Virus record (IMG/VR): IMGVR_UViG_3300005842_000001
Coordinates: 1-64,000 of that record
Length of the DNA: 64,000 bases
Source: a virus
Reading direction: 5' to 3' (one strand)
Part shown: positions 18,835 through 28,245 of the stretch, in pieces
Position numbering within the stretch: the first letter of the stretch is position 1
Layout: each line of letters starts with the position of its first letter
Translations under genes and position numbers: made by a program
The notes under the pieces: model-generated
Databases searched by the model: none
Seen by the model: the letters and a program-made list of their open reading frames with translations, nothing else
What the model was told of the DNA's origin: nothing

Positions 18835-20694
18835 GTGGCTACTCGCTTCTATTTCTCAGCATCAACAACACCGACAAACAGTCCAGGCTTTGCCGCCTGG
18901 ACTCGTACCTCTGAAGGTGTACGCCGCAAAATGTCGCCCACCAAAGATGGTAGCGCCATGACGGGGCTAACGACATTCGCCAACACTTCACCAGCAGCCA
19001 ACGCCTCATCGTTAGTCGTCCAGTTTTCGAGTGATCCGCTGTCAGTCGGAATTGCTTTCTCTTCGCTCGATACTGTCAAGTGCCAGATACGTTGCAATGA
19101 ATCAGCAGTCAATGACAACATCAATCGCGCTCCGATCTGTGTGAAGATTTACAACGGTACGACTCTGCAAGCAACGCTCTTGGCGTTGGCAGCAGTCGGC
19201 CCAAACACGACTGAATGGCCTACTTCAGCCACCAATAAATCAGTTGCTGATGGTGATGCTTGCTCAGGTATTGCACCGAGCTACACAACGGTGGCCGGTG
19301 ATTATCTCGTCGTGGAAGTGGGAGCGCAAGTTGACGCCACTGGCGGTACGTCTGTCACTGGTACGATGAGCATCGGCTCGAATAGTGGCACTGATCTTGG
19401 TCAGAATGAAACTGATACATCGGCTTTTAACCCTTGGTTTGAAATCAGTCGAACGCTCTCTTTCGATACGACGATTACCGTTCCAACTAAATCGCTGACA
19501 CTGACAAAGTTTGCACCGTTGGCCAACCTGACAGTGATTCCACCAGTGAAGTCGCTGACACTTACGAAGTTTGCGCCGACAGTCAGCGTACCTAACAATC
19601 AAACAGCAACGCCGCCAACAAAGGCACTGACACTTACCAAGTTTGCACCACAAGCCAATAAAGCGATCATCCCACCTGTGAAGGCATTAGCCACTACGAA
19701 GTTTGCACCTTCAGCGATCATCGGGCAGATCGTTACCGTTCCTGTCAAGACGCTGGCGCTCACCAAGTTTGCCCCTGCTACTGTCTTTGGTCAGTCAGTC
19801 ATTGTGCCAGTCAAGACGTTGACACTGACAGCGTTTGCACCAACAGTACAGACGCCGAGACTCGTGACAGTGCCACTGAAGACGCTGACCACTGCAAGGT
19901 TTTCTCCTCAAGTCAACAAGGCGATCATCCCGCCAGTGAAGTCGTTGACCATCAGCACATTTGCTCCGAGCATCGGCAAAGGCTACATCGTTCCAGTGAA
20001 GCAACTCACCATCACCAAGTTCGCTCCTTCGATTGGCAAGGGCTATGTGGTGCCAACGAAGTCACTCACGTTGAGTACATTCAGCCCGGCGATAGCGATG
20101 CCTAGAACAGTCACACCACCAACACAATCATTGCTGCTGACACGCTTTGCACCTACCGCATTTGCCAATGCTGGACTCACGATCACACCAGGAACAAAGA
20201 ATCTGCTACTGACTCGGTTCGCTCCTGTTGTCGTCAATCCTCGAACGATCACGCCGAATACATCGTCTCTGAGTCTTACCCGCTTTGCCCCTGTGATCGC
20301 TGTACCTCGCACAGTGACACCGGCAACAGCGTCTCTGTCTCTTGCTAGATTCTCGCCATCAGTGAATGTGCCTACTATGATCACGCCGCCCACACTGGCG
20401 ATGCACTTGGCTTTATATTCACCTGAAGCGTGGAGTCCTGTTAGAGTAATTCCTCTCCCTCTCAGCTTGACGATCAGCACCTTTTCACCTGTTATCACCG
20501 GCAGGATTTATGAAACGTACATGGTGTATGGTGTGAGACTGACAAACGATCCTTTCAGGATGAGAGGTGTCTCTCTCGTCAATGATCCTATAATCATGAC
20601 TGGCGTTTCACTGGCCAATGATTTATATATAGTCAGCCCGTTGCTAACTCATCTTAGGATAGTGACGGGTGGAGTGATGCCAGATGGAGGGTGA
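18835..20694 (+). CDS. tandem-repeat fibre-like virion protein
   Basis: About 16 copies of xxPxKxLTLTKFAP after a globular N-terminal domain. Confidence 0.7.
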   Translation: MATRFYFSASTTPTNSPGFAAWTRTSEGVRRKMSPTKDGSAMTGLTTFANTSPAANASSLVVQFSSDPLSVGIAFSSLDTVKCQIRCNESAVNDNINRAPICVKIYNGTTLQATLLALAAVGPNTTEWPTSATNKSVADGDACSGIAPSYTTVAGDYLVVEVGAQVDATGGTSVTGTMSIGSNSGTDLGQNETDTSAFNPWFEISRTLSFDTTITVPTKSLTLTKFAPLANLTVIPPVKSLTLTKFAPTVSVPNNQTATPPTKALTLTKFAPQANKAIIPPVKALATTKFAPSAIIGQIVTVPVKTLALTKFAPATVFGQSVIVPVKTLTLTAFAPTVQTPRLVTVPLKTLTTARFSPQVNKAIIPPVKSLTISTFAPSIGKGYIVPVKQLTITKFAPSIGKGYVVPTKSLTLSTFSPAIAMPRTVTPPTQSLLLTRFAPTAFANAGLTITPGTKNLLLTRFAPVVVNPRTITPNTSSLSLTRFAPVIAVPRTVTPATASLSLARFSPSVNVPTMITPPTLAMHLALYSPEAWSPVRVIPLPLSLTISTFSPVITGRIYETYMVYGVRLTNDPFRMRGVSLVNDPIIMTGVSLANDLYIVSPLLTHLRIVTGGVMPDGG

Positions 20695-20697
20695 GCG

Positions 20698-20985
20698 ATG
20701 AGGCAGATCGTAGCTGAAGAGACTGGCAGAACTCTTGTTTTCGATGACTTCGGCATTGATTGGCAGGGGCTTGGCTACACACTGAAACTTGAAGCCACCG
20801 ACGCCAACGAGGTTACAAGAATACATGCAATATCGCCAAGCGTGACTTACCCACACGGCGGGCAGATCGTCGGCACAGATGATATTATGCCGATTTCTGG
20901 TCGGTACACTTGCGTTGTCTACGAAGAGAACAACCTCTACATCAGTAGCCGATTCACTGTTACAATTGGTCAGGGACATTATTAG
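20698..20985 (+). CDS. hypothetical protein
   Basis: GGAGG RBS; beta-rich. Confidence 0.55.
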   Translation: MRQIVAEETGRTLVFDDFGIDWQGLGYTLKLEATDANEVTRIHAISPSVTYPHGGQIVGTDDIMPISGRYTCVVYEENNLYISSRFTVTIGQGHY

Positions 20986-21032
20986 TAGGTTGGCATCTTC
21001 CAATTCAAACGGAAGAATATATCTATAGGCAA

Positions 21033-21680
21033 ATGAGCGAAGAATCACAGACACTGATTCCACCAAGAGAAGATCGACCGAAGCGCAAGCCTTCAGTTGA
21101 CAAGATGGTGATTGAGTACCGCAGAATGTTGGTGGCTCAAAAGTATTTGCGCGGGCAGTCAATGGACAAGATTGCTCAAGAGATGCCCCCAGAGTTGGCT
21201 TGCTCAAGAAGTTCTGTTTACCGTGACTTACAAGCGCTTCGTGAGATATGGCGAAAAGAAGCCAACCTGCCTATTGCAGACATGCGAGCAAAAGAACTCG
21301 CCAAGATCGATGAGCTTGAACGAACTGCATGGGAAGCGTATGAGATAAGCAAGGGCGACAAGATCGTGTCTCGATTCGGTACAGTGCTGCCAGCGACTAC
21401 AGCAGGAAGCAAGCCATCAGTGACTGGCGCCCACACTCGGACGATCACAAAATCAACCGCTGGTAATCCGCGCTTTCTAGAAATGATAGAAAAGTGCATC
21501 AATCGTCGGTGTGAAATCTTAGGTCTCAAACGTCAAACGACTCTCGATCCTATGGCTGACATGCCCATACTTGGCATATCATTCATCGTCCGTAAGCCAC
21601 AAGAGCCAAAGCAGATCGAAGCAACACAATTGGATTCAATGGAACCAAGCAATGACGGCGAGAATGAACCAACTGCCTGA
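21033..21680 (+). CDS. terS: terminase small subunit (putative, HTH)
   Basis: HTH-like YLRGQSMDKIAQ..SRSSVYRDL; GNPRFL...RRCEILGL; directly upstream of terL. Confidence 0.7.
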   Translation: MSEESQTLIPPREDRPKRKPSVDKMVIEYRRMLVAQKYLRGQSMDKIAQEMPPELACSRSSVYRDLQALREIWRKEANLPIADMRAKELAKIDELERTAWEAYEISKGDKIVSRFGTVLPATTAGSKPSVTGAHTRTITKSTAGNPRFLEMIEKCINRRCEILGLKRQTTLDPMADMPILGISFIVRKPQEPKQIEATQLDSMEPSNDGENEPTA

Positions 21681-23130
21681 GCCGCCATTCTGGAACCCGC
21701 TGGCAACTCAGAACGAAAAAGACCCAACCGTAAACCCCGGCAAGTTTTCGTGGATGGGTTCTGATGGTCGTGTGTACTTTGATCTACATGAGGGGCAAGA
21801 GAAAGCTCTTGAGAGTGAAGCAAGATTCATTGCGATCATTGCTGGCACTCAGTCGGGTAAGACAGAAAGTGGACCGCCTTGGCTCTATAACGAAATAGCA
21901 AAGCGTGGCCCTGGCGATTACATCGTTGCATCACCTACCTATCCGTTGCTTCAGAAGAAAGCTCTCCCAGCGTTCATTGAGCTATTCGATACCAAGCTGA
22001 AGCTCGGTCGATACTTTCCAGGTTCAAAGCAGTTCAAGTTTTCCAAAGAAGGATCGAGACGAATCTTTGGACGCTATGTCGACGAAAAGACCATCGTGTT
22101 CTTCGGTCATGCTCAAGACCCAGAGAGCTTGGAGTCAGCGACAGCGAAGGCAGCGTGGCTTGATGAAGCGGGACAACGCAAGTTCAAGCTGGCGTCATGG
22201 GAAGCGTTGCAGCGACGTTTGGCGATGCACATAGGCCGGGCGTTCATCACCACGACGCCTTACGATCTTGGCTGGCTCAAGAAGCAAATCTATGACCGCT
22301 GGAAAGCTGGCGACAAAGATTATGAAGTGATCAACTTCCGTTCGACGATGAACCCGGCTTTCAGTCTGAGAGAATACAACCGGGCAATGAAGACACTGCC
22401 CCGGTGGAAGTTCGATCTGTTCTATAACGGCATATTTACCCGCCCAGCCGGTGCGATCTATGATTGCTTTGAAGAGAAAAAGCATACTTGTCCACGGTTC
22501 GCCATCCCTGATCATTGGGAGCGATTGCTCGGAGTCGATTTCGGCGGCATCAATACTGCTGGCGTGTTCTTTGCCAAAGAGCCGAATACGGGGCGGCTGT
22601 TCGGTTATCGAGAGTACAACAAAAACTATTTCAACGGTGTCTTGCACGAGGGACTACCTCACACTGGCGGCACTTTGTCATGCAAGAAGCACGTTGAGAA
22701 TCTGCTCACTGGTGAAGTGATGATACCTTATGCCGTGGGCGGGGCTAAGTCAGAAAATCAATGGCGTGAAGAGATGCGAAGCGCTGGGCTTCCGGTTCGT
22801 GAGCCTGATCAGAACGAAGTAGAAATCGGCATTGGCCGGGTGTATGGCGGCATCAAAGAGAACCTGGTGGTGTTCTTCGATGATCTGATTTACACGCTTG
22901 ATGAGTTTTCCACTTACTCACGAGAGATGGACGATCAGGGAGAAGTCACCGAAGAGATTGAAGATAAAGAAACGTATCACCATCTTGACGCCTGTAGATA
23001 TATATTAGGCGACGAGTTCAGAGACATACTGACATGGAAGGATATGAAGACTGGCGAAGATCATCAAGAATCTGTAAATCAATACACAGCGCATCGTCAA
23101 TCGGCCAGTGAAATCCTGAAGACTCTCTAA
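21664..23130 (+). CDS. terL: terminase large subunit
   Basis: Walker A AGTQSGKT, Walker B AAWLDEAG, motif III ITTTP, RNase-H-like GVDFG and HHLDACRY; start uncertain (21571/21652/21664). Confidence 0.92.
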   Translation: MNQLPEPPFWNPLATQNEKDPTVNPGKFSWMGSDGRVYFDLHEGQEKALESEARFIAIIAGTQSGKTESGPPWLYNEIAKRGPGDYIVASPTYPLLQKKALPAFIELFDTKLKLGRYFPGSKQFKFSKEGSRRIFGRYVDEKTIVFFGHAQDPESLESATAKAAWLDEAGQRKFKLASWEALQRRLAMHIGRAFITTTPYDLGWLKKQIYDRWKAGDKDYEVINFRSTMNPAFSLREYNRAMKTLPRWKFDLFYNGIFTRPAGAIYDCFEEKKHTCPRFAIPDHWERLLGVDFGGINTAGVFFAKEPNTGRLFGYREYNKNYFNGVLHEGLPHTGGTLSCKKHVENLLTGEVMIPYAVGGAKSENQWREEMRSAGLPVREPDQNEVEIGIGRVYGGIKENLVVFFDDLIYTLDEFSTYSREMDDQGEVTEEIEDKETYHHLDACRYILGDEFRDILTWKDMKTGEDHQESVNQYTAHRQSASEILKTL

Positions 23131-23143
23131 GTCAGGAGCAATC

Positions 23144-23476
23144 ATGCAAGTTGTCGTCCTGCTCGTCAAGGATCACATTCAGTACAAGTGTCCTGCTTGC
23201 GGCTGGCATGATCTGCCTGTGAAGGTGAACGTAAAAGAAAACAGATCATGGGAATGGAACGGCGATTTAGAAAAGCCGACGATCACTCCATCAGTGAGGC
23301 ACTTTCACAACGGCATGCCAGCAGAAGGCATCAAGCCTTTTTGTTGCCATTACTACATCAGAAATGGCGTGTTTGAGTTCCTGCCTGATTGCACTCACGA
23401 CAAGGCCGGGCAAACTATTCCAATGACACCGTACACAGATGCGGAAGTTAAACTTCATTCACTCGAAACGAAATAA
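23144..23476 (+). CDS. DUF6527-like Zn-binding protein
   Basis: CPACG.H..WEWNGD.EKPT.TPSV..CHYYIRNG..FLPDCTH..AGQT. Confidence 0.7.
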   Translation: MQVVVLLVKDHIQYKCPACGWHDLPVKVNVKENRSWEWNGDLEKPTITPSVRHFHNGMPAEGIKPFCCHYYIRNGVFEFLPDCTHDKAGQTIPMTPYTDAEVKLHSLETK

Positions 23477-23485
23477 GGGACAGTC

Positions 23486-26400
23486 ATGAATCAATTACCA
23501 ATGAATCCTGGCAACGACATGACCGACGTTCGCATCAAGTCGGGACTATTCGGCGGCATGGGCGGTATTGGCCGACAGATGGGCCGGGTGATGTACCGCA
23601 CCGGGCAGTTCCTCGGTGTCATGCCTTGGGAGACGCCGAGACGTTCACAGATCGGGGTCGATCCCATCGGTGAAGAGTTCATGCTCAATGAGGATCAGCA
23701 AGCTAAGGCCCGCTTGATGGGTCAGAAAATCTATCACGAGTTTGTTGCTGGTCGTTTCAGCTTCTTGTCCAACGACGATGGCAAGAGCAACGAAACGCCT
23801 CAGATGCGTGAAGAATACTGGAAGTTTGCAGTCACAGAGCCAGCGCTTGACGCTGCTCTGTGGACAAAGATCACCGCAGTCATCGCCAATGAATTGATCA
23901 TCAAGCCATCATCGAAGTCAGGCTTTGATCGATACATTGCCGATTGGGTGCATGACTGCATTATCAGATGCAAGGGCGGCTTGCGCAACATCGGTGAGCA
24001 GATTCTCTTTCATGGTCAAGTGTACGGCAATGTGTTATGTGAACCGAAATGGAAGCACGAGCATCGGCAAGTCCACTCAACGATGTTCCCTTATGGTTTC
24101 TGGACGCTGAAGGATTTCGTTGCAAAGCCACCGGGCGATTACAAATTGGAAATCGATGGCTTCAGAAACATCACCGGCGTCTGGTCGGCAAAAACTGCTG
24201 AATGGTTCGATCCTACTTACTTCGTTTATTGGGCTCACAAGCCGATCTATGGCAACATGGGCGGCACGTCGGGCGTTCGCAGTGTCAGACGAGCTTGCAC
24301 TCTTCTAAAGCTGGCCCACAACTATCGAGGCATCTACCTTGAGCAGTTCGGCTTGCCGATGATCAAGGCGACTTACCCCCAGAACGATGACGACTCTCAG
24401 CGCATCGCAAGAGCAGCGATTCAACACGCTCGATCACTCGGCTACATCTTGATACCAGAAGGTGTTGACGTTGAGGCATTGACACTGGCACAGCGCGGCG
24501 AGTCTGACTATCAGGATGCCATTGACGATTACCGAAAAGAAATCTTCCTTGGGCAGACAGGATCGTACCTGTATGCGATGGAAGGAAGCGTAGGTCATGC
24601 TGCTGGCAATTCAGAGACTCACCGCAGTACGCTTGATCTGTGGGTTGGGTATCTCAGCAAGATTCTGGAAGAGATTCTCAATGATCAGATCATTCCCTGG
24701 CTGATCACGCTAAATATATACAACGCTGATCCGCCACGAGCTATGATCGGCGGCGTCAACGATGAAGATTTGAAAGCATCACTTGAGGTTGACGATAAAT
24801 TGATTAGCTGGGGTGTTGAGCTTGATGAAGATGAACTACGAGATCGCTACCACCGATCAGCGCCAAAGAATGGCAAGGGCATTGGCGGCATGAATCGCTT
24901 GATGCTTGGGATGAACAATGGCATGGGAGCAAACAATGTACAAGGCAACCCGTTCGCTGGGCAAGCCGCTTCATTCCCGTTGCAGAATCAGGGGCAAGCC
25001 GCGAATAACAATACACCGCCGCAAAGAGATGATCAGACAGTTAAGTTCTCAGCAGATGACGAGGACTTTACACAGCAGCAAAACTATACTTGCGGAACGG
25101 CATCACTCCGATTCGCCATGAACCATTTTGGTGTCACTCCGCCTGAAGAAAGTGTGCTGTCCCTATTACTTGGTACGACACCAGCACAAGGCACGAATGC
25201 AGCCTCAATCGTGAGGCTGGCAAAGCAGAATGGGCTAGAGGCTGAAGGCCAGTCCAACATGACAATGCTCGAAATGTCAGAGCGTCTGAAGGATGGGGCA
25301 GTCGTACTGGCTCCCATTCAGAAGTTCGGGTCACCTGAAGAGAAAGCGAAGAATCAGACTGGTCACTGGATCGCTGTAACACGTCTTGATGGTTCAAGCG
25401 GTATGCTTGAATACTTCGATCCAGTTTTGGGCAGTGACAAGCCCTGCTGGGAGTCGTTGCAGACGTTCGCTGCCAACTGGCATGATCGAGATGGTGATGG
25501 GAAGATGTTGCCCAGGTATGCGATCACGATCAGCGAACCTAAAAAAAAAATGACATTCAGCACCGATGATCTGCAACTTGGATACATCTCGATTCCGCTG
25601 CCTGAGTTCGCTGAAGCAATCCAGAAGGTGCAAAGCGCGATCGATCCTGCTGACTTGATCAAGACTGAGAATGATCATCATATCACGTTGCTTTATGGTT
25701 GTGGCGCTGACAGCTTCGATGACAGCGTGAAGCTCTGCGCTAGCATTGCACCAATCAAGATGACTTTTGGCGGCACATTCACACTGTCGCCAAAAGATGC
25801 GGACCATGACGTTCTGGCGTTCAAAGTCTATGGCGATGCTCTTGAGAAAGCAAACTACAGTCTCGCCAGCGGGTTAGAAGTCAAGCAAGACTACGATACC
25901 TTCCAGCCCCACGTCAAAATAGGGCGGCTCAAACAAGGGGCAGGGTCAAAATATACTTCACCATCATTTGCGGGCTTCTCAGCATTGCTGGGCGATTCCA
26001 AGGTGGCTGAGTCTGCTCAGTTCAAGGTAAAGGGTGGTGAAGCGTTAAGCCTCCCTTTTGCCGCAGTGTCTGATTTACCAGTTCTGAAGTTCTCAGAAGA
26101 GCCAGCAAGCGATGAAGTTGCCAAGCCGGGTAAAGATGGCGACAAAGCAGATAAGCTGCTACAGAACGTCAAGGAAGACGGTACAGCGATCCTGGCTCGA
26201 CTTTGCAAAATGGCATATCGCCGCATGCTTGATAATGGCGTTGGTGGCAGTCAGCTATTCACGATGCAAGAGAGGAACGAACTCACCGAAGCATTCTTGG
26301 GCTGTGTGATCAATGCCAATCTGCTTGGTCGATCATCCACCATCAGCAAGTTCCTGAGAGACCAAGATGAATCGAGAGTTGATCGATTCGCTGATGAAAC

Positions 26401-27793
26401 GCCATTCGATGCGTTTTCATCTGCCCTTGATCCTTTGCGCCCTGAGCTAGCGATTGATTATTTCAAAAATCTGTTCCCGATGATCGGCGTTGATCCAGTG
26501 GCGTACATTCCGCAGATGAGGCGATATGCCTTCACGTTGGCGGTTGCAACCGAGACAACTCTTCTTGGTAAGGTTCACGATCTACTGACTGATGCACTAC
26601 ACGAAGGAACGCTTGACACTCAATTCAAGATCGATGATCTGCTAAAGAAGACTGGCGTGGCTCCTGAAAACCCGCAGTACAGTGAAATGGTTTTCAGGAC
26701 GAACATGATGGACGCCTACACGACTGGCACGACAGATCAGGCAAAAGACCCGACCATTGCCGAAGCGTACCCGGTGTGGCGATACGATGGCATCGACGAC
26801 GAACGCGCTGGGAAAGATCATCGCCCCAAGTTCGGGAAGTATTATCCATCGTCAGCAGAGTTTGCTGATGTTCGTGGTGATCGTCCTTATAACTGTGTTC
26901 TCCCTGGGCAGATGACACAGGGAAGAATCAATGGGGCATTAAAAGCCCACTATTCTGGCGAAGCGGTCGAGATTTATAGTGACAGTGGTGATATTATTTC
27001 CCTGACCGTCAACCATCCCGTATTGACCGATAGAGGCTTTATTCGTGCTGGCGAAGTGAAGGAAGGAGATTATCTTGTCAGCTATTCCGGGGAACATCAA
27101 ATCCCTGTTCTTGGTGAAGACTATCAATACTTTCCAACCTTGATCGAAGATGTATTTGAGACGATTAGTGTAGTTAAAGGTAGGTCGGCTAGGGCTTCTG
27201 CCCCAGTTTCCCTTTTCAAGCTCTATGGCGATGAGTTGTTCCTTGAAAGCAAGATCGACGTTGTAGGCTCCTATCGGGAATTGCTGTTCAATGGTGTGCC
27301 CCATGATTCTGAGCGTGTTCGCAACTCTATCCTCTCTGGGGCTACGGTGAAGCTGCATGGCATACCACGAAGCAGCACGCTTCAATTTAACAGCCATGCT
27401 GTCAGTCATCCCTCTTCTAGCGGCGTGGGCCTTAGCGACTTGCTTGGCTCTGATGCGTTTGCTCATCAAACTCCATTTAGTCTTTTCTGCTTCGGATCGG
27501 CCTCGCACCTTTATTCCCAATTTGACGAATTGCTTTCTAAGACAACTTCTGTCGATGTTCAGTTTGTCGGCAAGAGCCTTCATGGAGGCACCGGCAAGGT
27601 AGCGTTTAGCAAGGCGAGAAAGATTAGGAATTTCCATTACGATGGTCCTGTGTTTGATTGCTCAACTGATGTTGGATATTTTATAGTAAATAACATCTTC
27701 ATTTCAAATTGCCGCTGCTGTCCTACGATGATCTACAAGACAACATGGCAACAGTTGCAGGATCAAGGTAAGAGCGTAGAGACAAGCTGGTAG
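23486..27793 (+). CDS. portal (DUF935/Mu gp29-like) - C39-like peptidase - 2H phosphoesterase - MuF (gp30-like) fusion, intein-containing
   Basis: Portal signature YLEQFGLP..IPEG.DVE..LGQT..SETH; Q.NYTCG..GHW..YFDP; HIT/HVK; MuF AFTLA, VFRTN, YDGIDD.R..H, PYN|CRC. Confidence 0.88.
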   Translation: MNQLPMNPGNDMTDVRIKSGLFGGMGGIGRQMGRVMYRTGQFLGVMPWETPRRSQIGVDPIGEEFMLNEDQQAKARLMGQKIYHEFVAGRFSFLSNDDGKSNETPQMREEYWKFAVTEPALDAALWTKITAVIANELIIKPSSKSGFDRYIADWVHDCIIRCKGGLRNIGEQILFHGQVYGNVLCEPKWKHEHRQVHSTMFPYGFWTLKDFVAKPPGDYKLEIDGFRNITGVWSAKTAEWFDPTYFVYWAHKPIYGNMGGTSGVRSVRRACTLLKLAHNYRGIYLEQFGLPMIKATYPQNDDDSQRIARAAIQHARSLGYILIPEGVDVEALTLAQRGESDYQDAIDDYRKEIFLGQTGSYLYAMEGSVGHAAGNSETHRSTLDLWVGYLSKILEEILNDQIIPWLITLNIYNADPPRAMIGGVNDEDLKASLEVDDKLISWGVELDEDELRDRYHRSAPKNGKGIGGMNRLMLGMNNGMGANNVQGNPFAGQAASFPLQNQGQAANNNTPPQRDDQTVKFSADDEDFTQQQNYTCGTASLRFAMNHFGVTPPEESVLSLLLGTTPAQGTNAASIVRLAKQNGLEAEGQSNMTMLEMSERLKDGAVVLAPIQKFGSPEEKAKNQTGHWIAVTRLDGSSGMLEYFDPVLGSDKPCWESLQTFAANWHDRDGDGKMLPRYAITISEPKKKMTFSTDDLQLGYISIPLPEFAEAIQKVQSAIDPADLIKTENDHHITLLYGCGADSFDDSVKLCASIAPIKMTFGGTFTLSPKDADHDVLAFKVYGDALEKANYSLASGLEVKQDYDTFQPHVKIGRLKQGAGSKYTSPSFAGFSALLGDSKVAESAQFKVKGGEALSLPFAAVSDLPVLKFSEEPASDEVAKPGKDGDKADKLLQNVKEDGTAILARLCKMAYRRMLDNGVGGSQLFTMQERNELTEAFLGCVINANLLGRSSTISKFLRDQDESRVDRFADETPFDAFSSALDPLRPELAIDYFKNLFPMIGVDPVAYIPQMRRYAFTLAVATETTLLGKVHDLLTDALHEGTLDTQFKIDDLLKKTGVAPENPQYSEMVFRTNMMDAYTTGTTDQAKDPTIAEAYPVWRYDGIDDERAGKDHRPKFGKYYPSSAEFADVRGDRPYNCVLPGQMTQGRINGALKAHYSGEAVEIYSDSGDIISLTVNHPVLTDRGFIRAGEVKEGDYLVSYSGEHQIPVLGEDYQYFPTLIEDVFETISVVKGRSARASAPVSLFKLYGDELFLESKIDVVGSYRELLFNGVPHDSERVRNSILSGATVKLHGIPRSSTLQFNSHAVSHPSSSGVGLSDLLGSDAFAHQTPFSLFCFGSASHLYSQFDELLSKTTSVDVQFVGKSLHGGTGKVAFSKARKIRNFHYDGPVFDCSTDVGYFIVNNIFISNCRCCPTMIYKTTWQQLQDQGKSVETSW
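26939..27637 (-). CDS. antisense-encoded HTH + DUF559/Vsr-like endonuclease nested inside the intein
   Basis: YLAGASMKALA..I.RS.LR....GI.VR (HTH); SPRE..V...EQQFPIG.YNVDLA...IAIELE.G.W...GWKVL (DUF559-like); AGGA 8 nt upstream. Confidence 0.75.
   Translation of the reverse strand: MEIPNLSRLAKRYLAGASMKALADKLNIDRSCLRKQFVKLGIKVRGRSEAEKTKWSLMSKRIRAKQVAKAHAARRGMTDSMAVKLKRAASWYAMQLHRSPREDRVANTLRIMGHTIEQQFPIGAYNVDLAFKEQLIAIELEKGNWGRSPSRPTFNYTNRLKYIFDQGWKVLIVFTKNRDLMFPGIADKIISFLHFASTNKASIGQYGMVDGQGNNITTVTINLDRFARIVGF
27638..27707 (-). promoter_or_regulatory. sigma70-like promoter and RBS for the antisense endonuclease
   Basis: Minus strand TTGAAA (27707-27702)-N18-TAAAAT (27683-27678); AGGA at 27649-27646. 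Confidence 0.55.
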
Positions 27794-27888
27794 CTGGTCA
27801 TTGCCCAGAGTGTTCCTACTATGAAGACAACGCAACATGGCCCGGAGTTGCTGAAACGTGTCGAGGTAAGTTGGTAGCTTGGAGGCAA

Positions 27889-28242
27889 ATGATGCAAGCC
27901 TTACCGCCCCCGGACAATGATACATTCACCACTCTCTTGAGGGCATTAACTGCTGGTGTGCTGGGCATGATAGGTGCGAGCTTCTCTTCCTTAGATCGAG
28001 CAGTGAAGGGGAAAGAAATGTTCTGGCACCTGGGCTTGTCACTGTTTCTCTCTGGACTTACTTTTTGCACGTTGGTATCTATCTGGCCAGGTATTTATTG
28101 GATCGTGTGGCTTCTTCCTTCGTTCGTGATCGGCTTCTGTGTCTACGGCATTGCAGTTGCATTGAAAAAAAACAGCAAGTCTGCCGAAGACTTCGACGTT
28201 ACTAAAGTCATCAAAAAGAAAACAGGCATAGAAGGAGATTAG
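27889..28242 (+). CDS. three-TM membrane protein, holin candidate
   Basis: Three hydrophobic helices, highly charged C-terminus; GGAGG RBS with tandem Met starts. Confidence 0.5.
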   Translation: MMQALPPPDNDTFTTLLRALTAGVLGMIGASFSSLDRAVKGKEMFWHLGLSLFLSGLTFCTLVSIWPGIYWIVWLLPSFVIGFCVYGIAVALKKNSKSAEDFDVTKVIKKKTGIEGD

Positions 28243-28245
28243 GTC

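Larger units (their letters stand above)
26894..27709 (+). mobile_element. intein (272 aa) inserted in the MuF N-C-R-C motif
   Basis: Starts CVLPG (block A), LTVNHPVLTDRG (block B TxxH), VFDCST...YFIVNNIFISN|C (blocks F/G); removal restores PYNCRC. Confidence 0.9.

Noticed and set aside
19450-20500. KFAP/RFSP repeats as protease cleavage sites, or a DGR variable region
   Set aside because: The motif is followed by Pro within structural repeats rather than acidic linkers; no reverse transcriptase or adenine-specific repeat pair was seen.
21664-23500. TerL and portal both begin MNQLP
   Set aside because: The TerL start is uncertain and the codons differ; probably coincidence.
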